This document shows positions 51,592 through 64,000 of a DNA stretch of 64,000 nucleotides, piece by piece. The notes beneath the pieces are model-generated. The model had not been told where the DNA came from. It made no database searches and worked only from the letters and a program-made list of their open reading frames with translations. The DNA comes from Sedimentisphaerales bacterium (GTDB lineage Bacteria > Planctomycetota > Phycisphaerae > Sedimentisphaerales > SM23-30). The stretch spans positions 192,001 through 256,000 of the forward strand of contig CAXXFK010000020.1 of NCBI GenBank assembly GCA_963663965.2, written 5' to 3'. A program made the position numbers and the translations under genes. Positions within the stretch are counted from its first letter, which is position 1. Every line of letters begins with the position of its first letter.

Positions 51592-51763
51592 GAAAATCCA
51601 TCCAAACCGCAAAGTTTACCAGTGCCCATTTTTCACTATTGTTAATCTGATTCTGAATTGATTATAGGACGATATTTATACGTAAGTACCTGTATTTAAC
51701 CATTTTATAACTGAGACGCCTCGAATCTGTTTCGCAGTTTCTTTCTGTTAAGTCTCATAACCT

Positions 51764-51785
51764 CAACCACAATATATTGTGGTTG
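51764..51785. promoter_or_regulatory. Perfect 22-bp palindrome containing an NrdR-box-like core
   Basis: CAACCACAATA-TATTGTGGTTG; a second core ACAATATATTGT at 51516-51527. Confidence 0.5.
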
Positions 51786-52418
51786 GCAGATTCCTGATTC
51801 ATGAACATATTAAGCGTAATTTCCTATATCTATTTAAGTTATAAAACCAGCGGAATCGTCCTGAATTGGTGGCTGAACTTTAAAGAATTTTTTTTACTAA
51901 ATAAAAATTTCTGATTTTCATGCGAAATTTTCTTTTGGGCTCATTGCGGTTCTCCCAATTCGCTTCCAAGGGTTATTATTCATAACCTGCTATTTGTAAT
52001 AATGTTACAAATCTTTTCGCCCCAATAATGTTTTAAAACTTTTACTGGAAGTCTGTTATAGTTTATTCCTATAATTTTTTAGATATTCGGACCTTTAGTG
52101 ATTCAAACGTTCCGAACCTGTTCAAAATGAAATATTAAGCGGTTTTTTCATCGAAAGAACCTGTTTTACTCACGTCGATTTCGAAGTGAGACTGTAAAAA
52201 TTTGACAATGATTGTTTCTTGCCATTTCAGGCGGAATATCAATCCATATCCAAAGTGGAGATTAAATGTCTTGGACAATTCCTCGGGCAATAAACTATTC
52301 ATTATCTTCTATATCAACAAATACCATTGACTATCTGGATCGGATCTGGTTGTATTGACCGGTCCGTCTTCTATTCACCTTTATGTCTTCTACTCTTTGT
52401 ATCGAAAGGAAACCAACC

Positions 52419-55400
52419 ATGAAAAATCGCTATATCAATCTATGGACAACGCTAATACTGATGCTCGCGTTACCGGCGACCGCCTTATGGAGCTATTCCA
52501 TCACCAATATCAAAATGGTTCCCGGCTCTCCCGCATACCGGATACACAATGACAAAGTCAATCTGTCATTTGACTATTCCAATACCGGCCGGGATGATGT
52601 TCTGATATTTGTGGTACCCTATACCAAAGGAAGTTCAACGCCTGGACTGATTGACAGCCCTTCACCTTATTATCCCACTGGTTCCAGTTCCGGTACCGGA
52701 TGGTTCAGTGTCACCTATGGCAATACCACTGTCGATCAGGTGCGGGTTTATATGATGGATAGCGCAAAAACCAAAGTACTGGTCGATTATTATCTCGATG
52801 TCCAATATCATTTTGGCAACAATCTCTATAATATTCAGTTTAATCCTGCCTCACCCAATAAACTCAATCTGAGTGAAACCATTTATATCAGTTTTAACTA
52901 TGCCCTTTCAGAGTCGGATAATACCTATATTTTTGCCCGTCCCATGACTCGCGGCAGTTTGACGCCGGGTTATTCTGCCAGCGGCGGCTCTCCCGCGTCC
53001 ACCGGGTACGGCGCCGGTACCCAGGATTTTGAACTGCATGCCCCATGTGTGGTGGATGCCGTTTATTTCTACATCAGAAAACAATCCAATAACGAAATTA
53101 TCTATGAAAAAATTGTCCCGGTAAAATATCGCTACTGTGACGGTCAATGCATCTGGTACGTTAAAAGCAACGCCGCCGGCAACCAGACCGGAGGAAGTTG
53201 GGTCAATGCCTTTCGTCGTTTACAGGATGCTCTGGACGCCGCCGAATCCGGTGATATGATCTGGGTCGCGCAAGGCACTTATTATCCTGACGAAAATTTC
53301 GATAATCCCACCGGCAGCAATGACCGCTCGGTATCGTTTAATCTGAACAAAAACGTGTCAGTCTATGGCGGCTTCACCGGTACTGAATCTTCCCTGGATC
53401 AACGAAACTGGCAAGCCAATCCATCCATCCTCTCAGGTGAAATAGGCACCAGTGCCATCAGCGATAATAGCTTGCATGTTGTTTACAGCTCAAGCAATGC
53501 ATCGGCTCTACTGGATGGCTTTACTATTACCCGGGGTTATGCCGAAGGAACCAATCCCAACTACCTGGGGGGAGGGCTGCTCATCATGAATAGCGAACCC
53601 ACCGTACAAAATTGCCGCTTTGAATATAACCGGGCCGGCAGTGGCGGAGCCGTGGCAGACTGGTCCGCCAATGCATCCAATTTTATTAATTGCCAGTTTA
53701 TCGAAAATTCCTCCTCAGGCGCCGGCGGAGCGGTCAACATTAAGTATAGTGGACCAATTTTCCGGGGATGTACCTTCCTGGCCAATTCCAGCGATTCCGG
53801 TGGAGCCGTTTTCACCCTGAACAATCTTTCCCGGCCGATTTTCCAGAGTTGTTTATTCAACTACAATATTGCCGCCGGCAATGGTGGGGCCCTCTATAAC
53901 ACGGCTACGGACGGCAACAATGAATTTTCTCCCTTAATGGAAAATTGTACTATCGTCAATAATATGGCATCAAACCTGAGTGGGGGCATTTTCAATTCAG
54001 GCTCCTCCAGCACACCGGTTAACAGTTGCATCTTCTGGGACAACACCGATCCCGGCGGCAATGACCAGGACGCTCAGTTTTACGCCGATCATGTCCCGCA
54101 GGTAAAATACACTTGTATCCAGAATTATACCGGGGGATTCAGTGGCCCGGGTAATATCGACGATTTTCCATTGTTCGTTCTCCCCGAAGGACTGGATATG
54201 GTGCCTGGAACGGCCGATGACAATTTCCACCTGCTGCCCGGCTCACCTTGTATCGATACCGGCGATCCGGCGGTCAGTATGAACGATCCCGATGGCACCC
54301 GTAATGATATGGGCGCGTTCGGCGGCCCCTGGTCCGGCCTGACCGGCGGCTCCGGCGTCATTCCCGGCAGCGGCTATGTCTTTACGACCATTGGCAATCT
54401 CCCCTCAGCATTCATCACCCAGAGCGCCCTCAATCCATCCTACCTGCAGGGAACCGCCAATGTCTCCACCACCCAGGCGGCAAATTATCAGATCCCTCAA
54501 TATCAAAACTCTCCGTTCGGAGCCAAACTCTGGATTCATGGACTGTTTGGTGTTGATGATAATGTGACCCATTATAAAGTACAGGCCGGCCAGTGGGATG
54601 GCGCCACACCGCCAACGAATGCTGACTTTGTCGACATTACCGATAGTCTGTACAAGATATTTTATCTTTACAACATAATCACTGGAGAATGGATCCCGGT
54701 TTCAACCAAAGTTGGGCCCAATGTCGTGGAAGGCGTCTCGAATCTCTATACCTACACCGATACCGGTTTCTGGTCCCATCTCGATCTGCGCATGATCTGG
54801 AACACCGCGGCCCGGGCCAATGGCAAATACACATTGCGTATCAAAGGTTATCATGTAGAATCCGGTTCGGTGACGGATGTTACGCCGGCCAACGCCCAGG
54901 AACTGATTGTCCTGGTCGATAATTCACCGATGACCTGTGAACTCGAAGCGGTTAAATATGACCCGGCCAGTCCGTTCTGGACAGTTTCAACCGATGGCGA
55001 AATCCAGGAATGCGCGATTATTAACCTGGGTGATCCCCGCGAAAATCTGCGTTTCAAAATCACTGCCAGCCATCCCAACGGTTTCCTCCGGCAGTTCACC
55101 CTGGACGCCATCGCCGGCAAAAACAATCATCAGGGTACCATCGAGAGCAGCAGACGTATAACTTCGCCGACGGCCCCTACTGGCTGGGAGCCAGTGGTCA
55201 GCATTTCGATTCGGATGTCGCCACCTTCGAAGACTGGATCCGCTGTGCCTATCAATTCCGCCTGCGAACCTGGTCACGCGTGAACAATGGCTATTACTAC
55301 ATTTACTCCCGCGAATTCAATGACCACTATTTCATCGACCTGGGTGATGGCGGTTGTACGGCTGTGGATGTCAACAAGGATGGCGCCGTCCAATATCAGC

Positions 55401-55448
55401 GACATCTACCAGATCAGCCTGCACTGGCTGGAGGAATGCGGTAACTGA
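52419..55448 (+). CDS. Large secreted protein: two Ig-like repeats, right-handed beta-helix (GGA repeats), unknown domain and dockerin-like tail; frameshifts near 55147 and 55391
   Basis: GAAAGGA RBS and signal peptide; YVKSNAAG..GGSW.NAF..LQDAL..IWVAQGTY; N.A..GGA repeats; HLLPGSPCIDTGDP..DMGAFGG; the alternate frame continues ...CAYQFRL...DVNKDGAV/NISDIYQISLHWLEECGN*. Confidence 0.75.
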
Positions 55449-55483
55449 TTATAATTCAATTCTCTTCTTCTATATCACTATTG

Positions 55484-55514
55484 AGGCCGTGGGCAATGAT
55501 ACCCGCGGCCTTTT
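55484..55514 (+). terminator. Rho-independent terminator
   Basis: AGGCCGTGGG-caatgata-CCCGCGGCCT-TTT. Confidence 0.7.
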
Positions 55515-55811
55515 AGTAGGTAAGGCTTTCCAAAATATCAAAGGAATCTGCCCCAGTCTGGTAAAACCAGAAAATAATATCATAAACACACTGTTTAAAC
55601 CTTTTAAAGAGACCTGCTGACTACCTTTCTTTATAAATCACTTCCCAGACTCCAACAATCCATTCACCAATATCAACCGGCTCATATAACCACCGGATTT
55701 ATCAATTGAATTGATTGATCTCAACAGTGGAATTTCCTTCCCTATTTGATTACAATCTGTTGTAATCCGCTTACGGCCACAACACCGTCTAACAAAGGAA
55801 ATGCTCACACT

Positions 55812-56402
55812 ATGGAAAATTTCTGGCTCTGCTTCGTCCGTTATTTGTCTCCGTCGACGCCATCGGTGTCCTGCCCTATTTTATGACACTGACCGATGGA
55901 TTTGATAAAAAAATCATCGCCAAGGTCGTGATCCAATCGGTGATTACGGCTTCAGTCGTAACCCTGATATTTCTATTTTTCGGGCCGGCCCTGCTGGCAT
56001 TTATGGGAATTACCATTGAAGATTTCATGATCGCCGGTGGCATCCTGCTGGGTGTGCTGTCGCTGACGGATATCCTGACCGGCGAGAAAAAACGCCGCCA
56101 AACCGCTTCCGATTCCGAAAGCCTCGGCGTGGTCCCATTGGGTGTCCCGTTGCTTTCCGGCCCCGCCCTGATCACCACGACCATCTGATGGCCAATACCC
56201 ATGCAAAACCATTACCGGTTTCGCCGTCGTACTCAATCTGATGCTTGCCGGGATCATCCTGTCTGCCTCCCAACCGATCACTCGCCTCCTCGGCCGCACC
56301 GGCACCCGCGCACTCTCGCGCATCTCCTGCCTCCTGCTGACCGCCTTCGCGATCATGCTCATCCGTAAAGGCATCATGGGAATCATCGGCCAACAGTCAT
56401 AA
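55812..56402 (+). CDS. MarC-family membrane protein (frameshifted)
   Basis: MENFWLCFV../LFVSVDAIGVLP.FM; DFMIAGGILL; VVPLGVPLLSGPALITT; another frame gives RLLGRTGTRALSRISCLLLTAFAIMLIRKG. Confidence 0.85.
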
Positions 56403-56667
56403 TTAGCACAGTCATTGTAATGCTGTTTCCTTATCTTATATTGGCATCGTTTCTCACAATCTTATTAAGCCGCTTGACATTTCTGCCTCGTTTCACTATA
56501 CTTGGTACATGGGCCATTCATAAAAACTCCGTACGTACCTGACTGGCAAAGGCAGAATTGCGTTGTTTTATGGATTGCTCCAATCTATCACTCCCGACCC
56601 CAATCCATTTAACTTCCTCCCTGCAATAACCCTTGATCTAAATCAACCCGATTCCCGGAGAAGTGAC

Positions 56668-59600
56668 ATGCCGTCTAAGTTCTTGTCCTATCAGAAATTA
56701 TTTGTTATCCTCGCCCTGGTAAACCTGACTTCCGCCGCGATTGATCCGGCCAATCCGCCAGAATCGATGCGGGTGACCGTCAACAAAGGATGGCCAGACC
56801 CGCACATTCAATCTGGACCGATATTCCGTACGTAGCAATAACTTTGAACTGGTCCTGATCGGTACCGATGGAACCACCAAAACCACCATCGATCCCGGCC
56901 CGGTCCGCACCTACCGCGGCTGGTGCGAAGAAGAGTCCGATAGTTATGTCGAGGCGATGCTCCTGCCCAATGGCGACTTGCGTTATCACGTTTTTCAAGG
57001 GCCAGGCATCCGACTGGTGGCAGACACCGCCCGGCGAAACCAATCCTAACGCGGCTCCTTCCAATAATTTTACCCTGATTAATGGCACGCCCAACCAGCC
57101 CGCCGGTACCCCGTACCCGGGCGCCGGCTTTGCTGCTCCGGCGGCCACTCTGGATTCCTTTTACCTGGATACCTATCAGGCCGATGTGGGTTTCGACCTG
57201 CTGGTGGAATATACCAATAAATTTCAATACAGCGACTGGGCTACCTACGGCGTCAAGGCCGAAGGCACAATCAGCCGCTTCAACGCCATTACCTTGCGCG
57301 ACATTCTCGGTGAATTCAAACTGGGCAAAGTCGTGATTCGCCAGAGTCAGGCCGGTCTGGATTACAGCAATACCCAATGGGGGATCAACTGGCCGCAACT
57401 CAATACCTGGTGGGAAACGCTCTTCCCCAACGACGACCATCACTTTGTCGGTCTGGTCGGCTCAGTCGGCGGCGGCGTGGCCTTTGTCTGCGATTATGGC
57501 GGCGCCAACTGGGCGGCGCGTTCATTTAATGGCTGGAGCAGGCGATGGCTCCTGGTGGCATGTCTGGCGTCACGAATGCGGCCATAACCTGGGCAGGCGG
57601 CGATTGTGTCGAGGGCTGTCCTGGTCCCGATGGCAGCACGATCAACAGCGGCAACAATCTCAATCTATCTCGTTTTTCCCATCCCGAAATCAACCAGATC
57701 ATGAATTGCCGCCGCCGTTCCGATCGCTATACCGTTCTGCGCAATCTGGGCGCCTATTCGTACCCGGTTCCCCCGTATGCCAATCTGGACCGGGTTTCCG
57801 CTAATGTCATGGAAGAAACCGTTCTGATCGATGTACTGGCCAACGATTATGACACCAATCGTGATACGATCGCGATTGCCGGTTTTGATGCCACCACTCC
57901 GGCCGGCGCTACCGTGATGCTGGGCGCGGGTCTGGGGCCCCGGTGGACGCGATCTGCTGGTTTACATCCCGGCGGGCAATACGCTCGGCCAGGATAAATT
58001 CACCTATTCCATCGTCAGATAGCACTGGACGCACCTCGCTGGGCAATATCGCCGTCACCCTGGATCTTTCCAACACCCTTAAAGGCTACTGGAAACTGGA
58101 TGAAACTACCGGAACCATAGCCGGCGATTCCGGTGTTTTTGACCATGATGGTATTCTGGAAGGCTCGGCATCCTTCGATAATAATACCACTACCGGTAAA
58201 TATGGCGGCGCCCTGCAACTGGATGGTGTGGATGAACACGTTAAAATTGATGACCTCAATCTTAATTCCAATACGGTAACCATTTCCGCCTGGATTAAAC
58301 GCGACTCTACGGTGAATCCCTGGAGCCCTATTCTGTTCAACCGGGCCGGGGGGCGCCTCCGGGCTCAATTTCGGTTTCCGGCGCCGAACTGCGCTATCAT
58401 TGGAATGACCAGAACTGGAGTTGGAACTCCGGCCTGACAGTTCCGGCCAATCAATGGGTCTTTGTCGCGCTGGTCGTAGAACCCGCCCGCGCGACCATCT
58501 ATCTCGATGATGGCGCCCAGTTACGTTTCCGCCGTTCGCTCTGCTACGCACGAACCCGCCTCTTTTATTGGCAGCAGTTATATCGGGCTGGACTCCAACA
58601 GTTCCAGTCGCCACTTCATGGGCGCGGTCGATGAAGTGCGTATCTATAATTCCGCTTTGACTCGAACACAAATCGAACGGATACGGGATGGCGGCCAGGC
58701 CGAAAGCCCCATGCCCTTCGATCAGGCCACCCAGATCGTCAAACCCATTCTGACCTGGGTCGGCGCCGCGCAAGCGACTGCCCATCATCTTTATCTGGGG
58801 CTCGATCCCGATGCCGTCGCCGGCGCTACCCCCGAATCGTCCGAATATCTCGGGGCAGTCACCACGCCCCGGTATGTCATCAAAAACATGCAGCCGCTGA
58901 CAACCTATTACTGGCGCATCGACGAACAGTCTGACACCGGCACCGTACCAGGGTCCGTATGGAGCTTTACCACTGCCGAAGAAATTGGCAGTGGGGCCTG
59001 GGCTCACTGGAAATTCAATGAAGGCTCCGGCAGCACTGCCTACGATTCTTCCGGCAATAACAGCCACGGCGCCATCACCGGCGCCGCCTGGACCACCGGT
59101 AAGCAGGACAAAGCGCTCTATTTCGATGGCAATGACAAAATCGAATTTGGTACCGGCCCGGCCCTGAAACGGTCTGACCGATTTCACCCTGAGCGCCTGG
59201 ATCAAAACCACCGCCACCCTCTACCGGCGTGATTGTCCAGCAACGTAACGGGGGCTTCAACGGTGAATACCAGCTGACTGTCAACAGTAGCGGTTATCTC
59301 ACCTTTATGCTCTTCGGCGATATGGGCTATCAGTTTAACTTTTCCTCCAATACCAAAGTCAACAATGGGCCAGTGGCATTTTGTCGTGGCCCGCCGCCAG
59401 GGGAATCTCGGCACCCTCTATATCGATAACCAGCTCCGCGGCTCGGCCAGTGGTACCGCGCGCAATCTGGCCGGTTATATCGGTGTCGGCGCCGGTGCCG
59501 ATATCCGCGATAATGTCGCCTATTTCCGGGGCGTAATGGACGATCTCCGCATATACGATTTCGCCTTGACCGAAACTGAATTATCCGAGTTGTATAACTA

Positions 59601-60067
59601 TTATTTCCAGGACCTGACCCCGCCCACTCCCAATCCAATCACCTGGGCTACCCCGCCAACCCCGGCAGCCACCCATGCGATTACCATGACTGCCGCGACG
59701 GCCACCGATCCCTCTGGTGTGGAATATTATTTCGATTGCGCCACACCCGGTTGTCACGACAGCGGCTGGCAGAATGATCCAACCTATACCGATATCGGCC
59801 TGCAAGTCAACACGGAATATTATTATAAAGTCCGGGCCCGAGATAAAAGCGCGGCCATGAATCAAACCGCTGACTCAGAAGCGGCCTCCGCCATCATTAT
59901 CCTGCTTGACGGTCAACAGGGACTATCCGACTGGCCCCGACTTCTCCCGGCAATGGCTGGATCAGGATTGCGGTTACTGCGGATGCACCGATCTGACCGA
60001 TGATGGCGCCGTCGATCTGGCCGATCTGGTCCTCTTCGCCGCTGGCTGGCTCAACACCCTGCCCTGA
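56668..60067 (+). CDS. Secreted multidomain zinc metalloprotease (metzincin/reprolysin-like) + cadherin-like Ig + two LamG + Fn3-like + dockerin-like tail; several frameshifts
   Basis: Signal peptide MPSKFLSYQKLFVILALV; WRHECGHNLG at ~57565; IDVLANDYD; GYWKLDETTG..TISAWIK and DEVRIYNSAL (LamG); HWKFNEGSG..DDLRIYD; DLTDDGAVDLADLVLFAAGWL tail. Confidence 0.7.
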
Positions 60068-60085
60068 TCAATAAAACCCTCTCCG

Positions 60086-60968
60086 TTACTGAACGCCCAT
60101 CACCGGCTCTGGACAGGTCTGTTTTAAACAGACCTCGCGCCAGACCCGTACCCAGTCCACCTGCATGGTATTGCGTCTGGGATCATTCAGCGATTCCAGA
60201 TCCGGCAAGCCCTCCCAGGTAAATATTTCGGTATCGAAAAACAGGTACATCGTTTCAGTAAAGGCGCCGCCCGGTTCAACTTCAGCCACCTTCACACCAT
60301 CGTGATAAAACACCATCTCATCCGGGCCCTTCCACCACACACCATAGACATGCCAGGCATCAGCGGCCCCGCTGGGCATCCGCCATTGCCGGGGTGTTGC
60401 CCGGTCCTGCTTCCAGCCGCCCTTGAAATAATGGGTGTTCATCAACATCAGGTTGCCCCGCTCGGGCTGTTTCGCCGGACGGCCAATCTGCTCGACAATA
60501 TCGATTTCGCTGAACCGGCCCTGCAGCCAGAACGAACTGGTCATCGATAACGCCGAGGCTTTGATCCGGGCCTCATAATAACCATAACCTCCGCTCGGCC
60601 CCAGCGAACTGACACATGCCGCGGCCACCCAGATATCTTTCTCTGGATTCGCGACCGACGCCATATCACCAATCAGCGCCGTCGATTTTAAATACAGGAT
60701 CCCATCCCGCACGGCCACATTATTCGGATCGAACCGGCTGGGTTCGCGGCCCTGCCAGTATGGGATGCCGGGCCATCCACTTATTGGGATCGAGCCGTTC
60801 CCCACCAAATTCATCTGACAACCCTGGCGCCAACTGCCAGGCTTTACCATCTGTCAATTCCGGCAGCCAGGCCACTGTTGCATTGGGATCAGAGGCAGAC
60901 CATAAATTGACGCAAATCCCGGTTAACACGATACAAATAATAAAATGATTCTTTGTCATTACGACCAT
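60086..60968 (-). CDS. GH16 glycoside hydrolase (porphyranase/agarase-like), frameshift near 60770
   Basis: ORF 60720-60968 gives signal peptide + W.L...LSDEF.G..LD..KW; ORF 60086-60850 gives YGYYEARIK, SSFWL, EIDIVE, HVYGVWW and VDWVRVW. Confidence 0.85.
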
Positions 60969-61112
60969 AACGATCTGGTCTATCCATTTCTTGCCGGCGT
61001 TTCGCCCCCACCATATTTTTTACCCTTGACGCTTATTTATTGACCGGATACATTAAACCGTATCAATACGGATCGCCATTCAGACCCATTGCTTGATAAG
61101 AAAGGATCGATC

Positions 61113-62692
61113 ATGCACAGAAGACAATTCCTCAAAAAAGCGTTTGCCTCGTCCATCTCTCTTCCGTTTTTGACGGCCGGATGCCAAAGCATTTTTGCCG
61201 GCCCCTCCTCACGCAAACAGCCCAACATCCTGTTTATCTTCTCTGACGATCATGCCTTCCAGGCGATCGGGGCCTATCGATCCTGGCTGCAGGATTTTAT
61301 GAAAGAGCAGAACCTGACCCCCAATATCGATAAACTGGCCGAAGCCGGCGCCATTTTTGACAACAGCTTCTGCTGTAATTCCATCTGCGGCCCCAGCCGC
61401 GCCGTCATCCAAACCGGGGCTCACAGCCACATCAACGGCTTCAAAACCAACGAAAGACCCAATTTCGACGGCAGCCAGTGGACCTTCCCCAAGGTTATGC
61501 AGCAGGGCGGCTATCAGACCGCCATGCTCGGTAAATGGCATCTCGGTACCGATCCCACCGGATTCGATCACTGGGAAATCCTGCCCGGCCAGGGCCAGTA
61601 CTACAATCCCGACTTCATTACCAGTCAGGGCCGAAATCAAAAAACCGGCTACGCCACCGACCTGATTACCGATATGGCGATCGACTGGCTCGATCAGCGC
61701 GATCCGGAAAAACCCTTCCTGCTGATGTGTCAGCATAAAGCGCCCCACCGCAACTGGATGCCGCCGGAGCGCTATCTGAACCTGCTCGACAATGTCAAAA
61801 TACCCGAACCGGATAACCTCTTCGATGACTACTCCGGCCGGACCTCGTCGGCGGCCGATCAGGAGATGATGATCGATAAACACATGACTCTCAACTCCGA
61901 CCTGAAAGTCACCCCGCCAATCGCCGACAATCCCGGCAACATACCCGGGTTCCTCAAACGACTCACCGACGAACAGCGGGCCGCCTGGGAAGCGGCCTAT
62001 CAGCCGAAAAACGATATCTTCCGCGCTGCCAATCCGCAAGGTAAAGACCTGGTGCGCTGGAAATATCAGCGCTATATGAAAGACTACCTCCGCTGTATTA
62101 AAGCAGTGGATGACTCCGTCGGCAAACTGAGCCAATATCTCCAGGATAATAACCTCGCCGATAATACTGTGCTGATTTATTCATCCGACCAGGGCTTCTA
62201 CCTGGGCGAACACGGCTGGTTCGATAAGCGCTGGATGTACGAAGAATCGCTCCGCATGCCCTTCATCATTCGTTGGCCAGGCGTGATCAAAACCCGGTTC
62301 ACAGCCCCAACAGATGATCCAGAATATCGACTACGCGCCCACCTTCCTCGACATGGCCGGCCTGTGAGCCCGGCCCGTCGGTACAGGGGTGCTCCTTCCT
62401 GCCGATCCTTGAGGGTAAATCACCCCGCGATTGGCGCACGAGTATCTATTACCATTATTACGAATACCCCGCGCCACACCGCGTTCAGAAACATCGCGGT
62501 GTCCGCACAGAACGCTACACCCTCATACACTTTTATCCGGTGGATGAATGGGAACTCTACGACCTGAAAAAAGATCCTGAAGAAATGCACAGCGTCTACG
62601 ATGACCCGGCCTACGCCGGTATCAAAGACGCGCTCCTGATGGAACTTGAACGGCTTGAAAAAGTTTATAAAGTGCCGCCTCTGGAAAATAAC
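61113..62692 (+). CDS. Tat-exported formylglycine-dependent (S1) sulfatase; frameshifts near 62290-62400
   Basis: MHRRQFLKK Tat motif; [19 protein letters not shown] (CxPxR), GKWHL, HKAPH and [23 protein letters not shown] motifs; other frames give NIDYAPTFL and [12 protein letters not shown]. Confidence 0.9.
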
Positions 62693-62741
62693 CAATAAAA
62701 AAACGAAAAGCAACTTTCGTTTCACCTACAGGACCGCCAAC

Positions 62742-63960
62742 ATGTTATTCCGCACCATGCCGAAAGATGACACCCGCATCTGAGTATTCTGGGGTTTGGC
62801 TGTATGCGCCTGCCCCAGAAAGAGGGCAAAATCGACGAACTGCGTTCAAAGGCCCTGGTCCGCGACGCCATCGACCGTGGTGTCAATTATATCGATACCG
62901 CCATGCCGTATCACATGGGTGAAAGCGAACCCTTTGTCGGCCGTACCTCTGGCCGATGGTTACCGTGATAAAGTCCAACTTGCCACCAAACTGCCGCCCT
63001 GGCTGGTCAAAGAGCCGGTCGATATGGACACCCTGCTCAACGCCCAGCTCCAGCGCCTGCAAACCGACCGGATCGATTACTATCTGATCCACGCCCTCTC
63101 GGGCGAAAGCTGGAACAAAATGAACAACCTGGGCGTGGGCCCGTTTCTGGACCGGGCCAAATCCGATGGCCGTATCCGGCGCGCGGGCTTTTCCTTCCAC
63201 GGTGTTAATCAGGACTTTATCCGAATTGTCGATAGCCACTCCTGGGACTTCTGCCAGATCCAGTACAACTACCTCGACACCGAATATCAGGCCGGACGCG
63301 CCGGATTGAACTACGCCTTCGATAAAGGCTTGGGTGTCATTATCATGGAACCGCTCCGCGGCGGTATGCTGGCCCACAAAGCCCCGCCCGCCGTCCGCCA
63401 GATCTGGGATCAGGCCCCCACACTCCGTTCCGAGGCGGCCTGGTCGCTGCGCTGGATCTGGAATCATCCCCAGGTCTGCGTGGTTTTATCCGGCATGTCT
63501 CACGAAGACCAGGTCGCTGAAAACCTGCAAATCGCCGACGAGGGCCACCCCGACTCCCTGACCGATGCCGAACTGCAATTGATTACCGAAGCCGGCAACC
63601 AGTATCGCCAACTCATGAAAATCGGCTGTACCGGCTGCGGCTTACTGCATGCCCTGTCCGGCCGGCGTTAATATCCCCATGTGCTTCGAGTTTTATAATT
63701 CATTGTTTTTGTTCGGCAACAGATCCGCCGAAAAAATCCGCTACACCTTTCGTACCGGCGGCGTTGCCAGCGGTGGCAAACCCTGCGGCGCCTCGCTCTG
63801 CGTCCAGTGCGGCAAATGCCTGGAACACTGCCCGCAAAACCTGGCCATCCCCGACCTCATGCAGCAGGTCAAAAAAGAATTCGGCGGCTTCGGCCAGGTC
63901 CTCCGTAAAACACTCGTCAACCTCTTCCTCTGGAACCAGCGCCGAAAAACCATCAAATAG
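62742..63960 (+). CDS. Aldo/keto reductase with C-terminal 4Fe-4S domain (frameshifted)
   Basis: LSILGFGCMRLP and GVNYIDTAMPYH.G.SE in alternate frames; LATKLP, IDYYLIHAL, GFSFH, QIQYNYLD and IMEPLRGG; CTGCG.CMPCP and CVQCGKCLEHCPQ. Confidence 0.88.
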
Positions 63961-64000
63961 CGCTGATTAACACGGGGTTACAGGTGTCTCATTTATAATC

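Noticed and set aside
51453..52418. Long AT-rich spacer as a possible replication origin
   Set aside because: I saw no cluster of DnaA boxes (TTATCCACA) and no dnaA/parAB neighbours.

Overview
This 64-kb window looks like chromosome from an anaerobic, polysaccharide-degrading bacterium. PEP-CTERM tails, C-terminal dockerin-like D-x-N-x-D-G...WL tails, a Tat sulfatase and an ECF/zf-HC2 pair suggest Planctomycetota (Phycisphaerae/Sedimentisphaerales-like); this taxonomy is an inference. Housekeeping genes include the 5' part of proS, a Vor-type 2-oxoacid:ferredoxin oxidoreductase operon, putP, sppA, flgM and marC. Carbohydrate-active genes include two GH127-like enzymes, a clan GH-A enzyme, a GH129/GH101-like enzyme, GH29, GH16, GT4, an SGNH hydrolase and a sulfatase. 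Conflict and defence genes include an Hhe-like DUF4011 helicase-nuclease, an AbiE toxin-antitoxin pair with two operator palindromes, an orphan Rhs toxin/immunity pair and a three-gene orphan immunity cluster. Two complete IS elements each interrupt a gene that can be rebuilt in frame: an IS4-family element in a Sel1-repeat gene and an IS630 element in putP. The best candidate for an undescribed system is at 19250-24639. An ECF sigma factor is followed by a 1602-aa protein fusing a zinc-finger anti-sigma domain and TM helix to a complete thioester (GCFEQ) alpha-2-macroglobulin, whose bait region is a low-GC insert with a TM hairpin; this may be a protease-trap/protease-sensing signalling system. 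From about 50 kb onward most large genes carry small frameshifts, most likely sequencing or assembly errors. All calls come from reading the sequence and ORF track; no searches were run.
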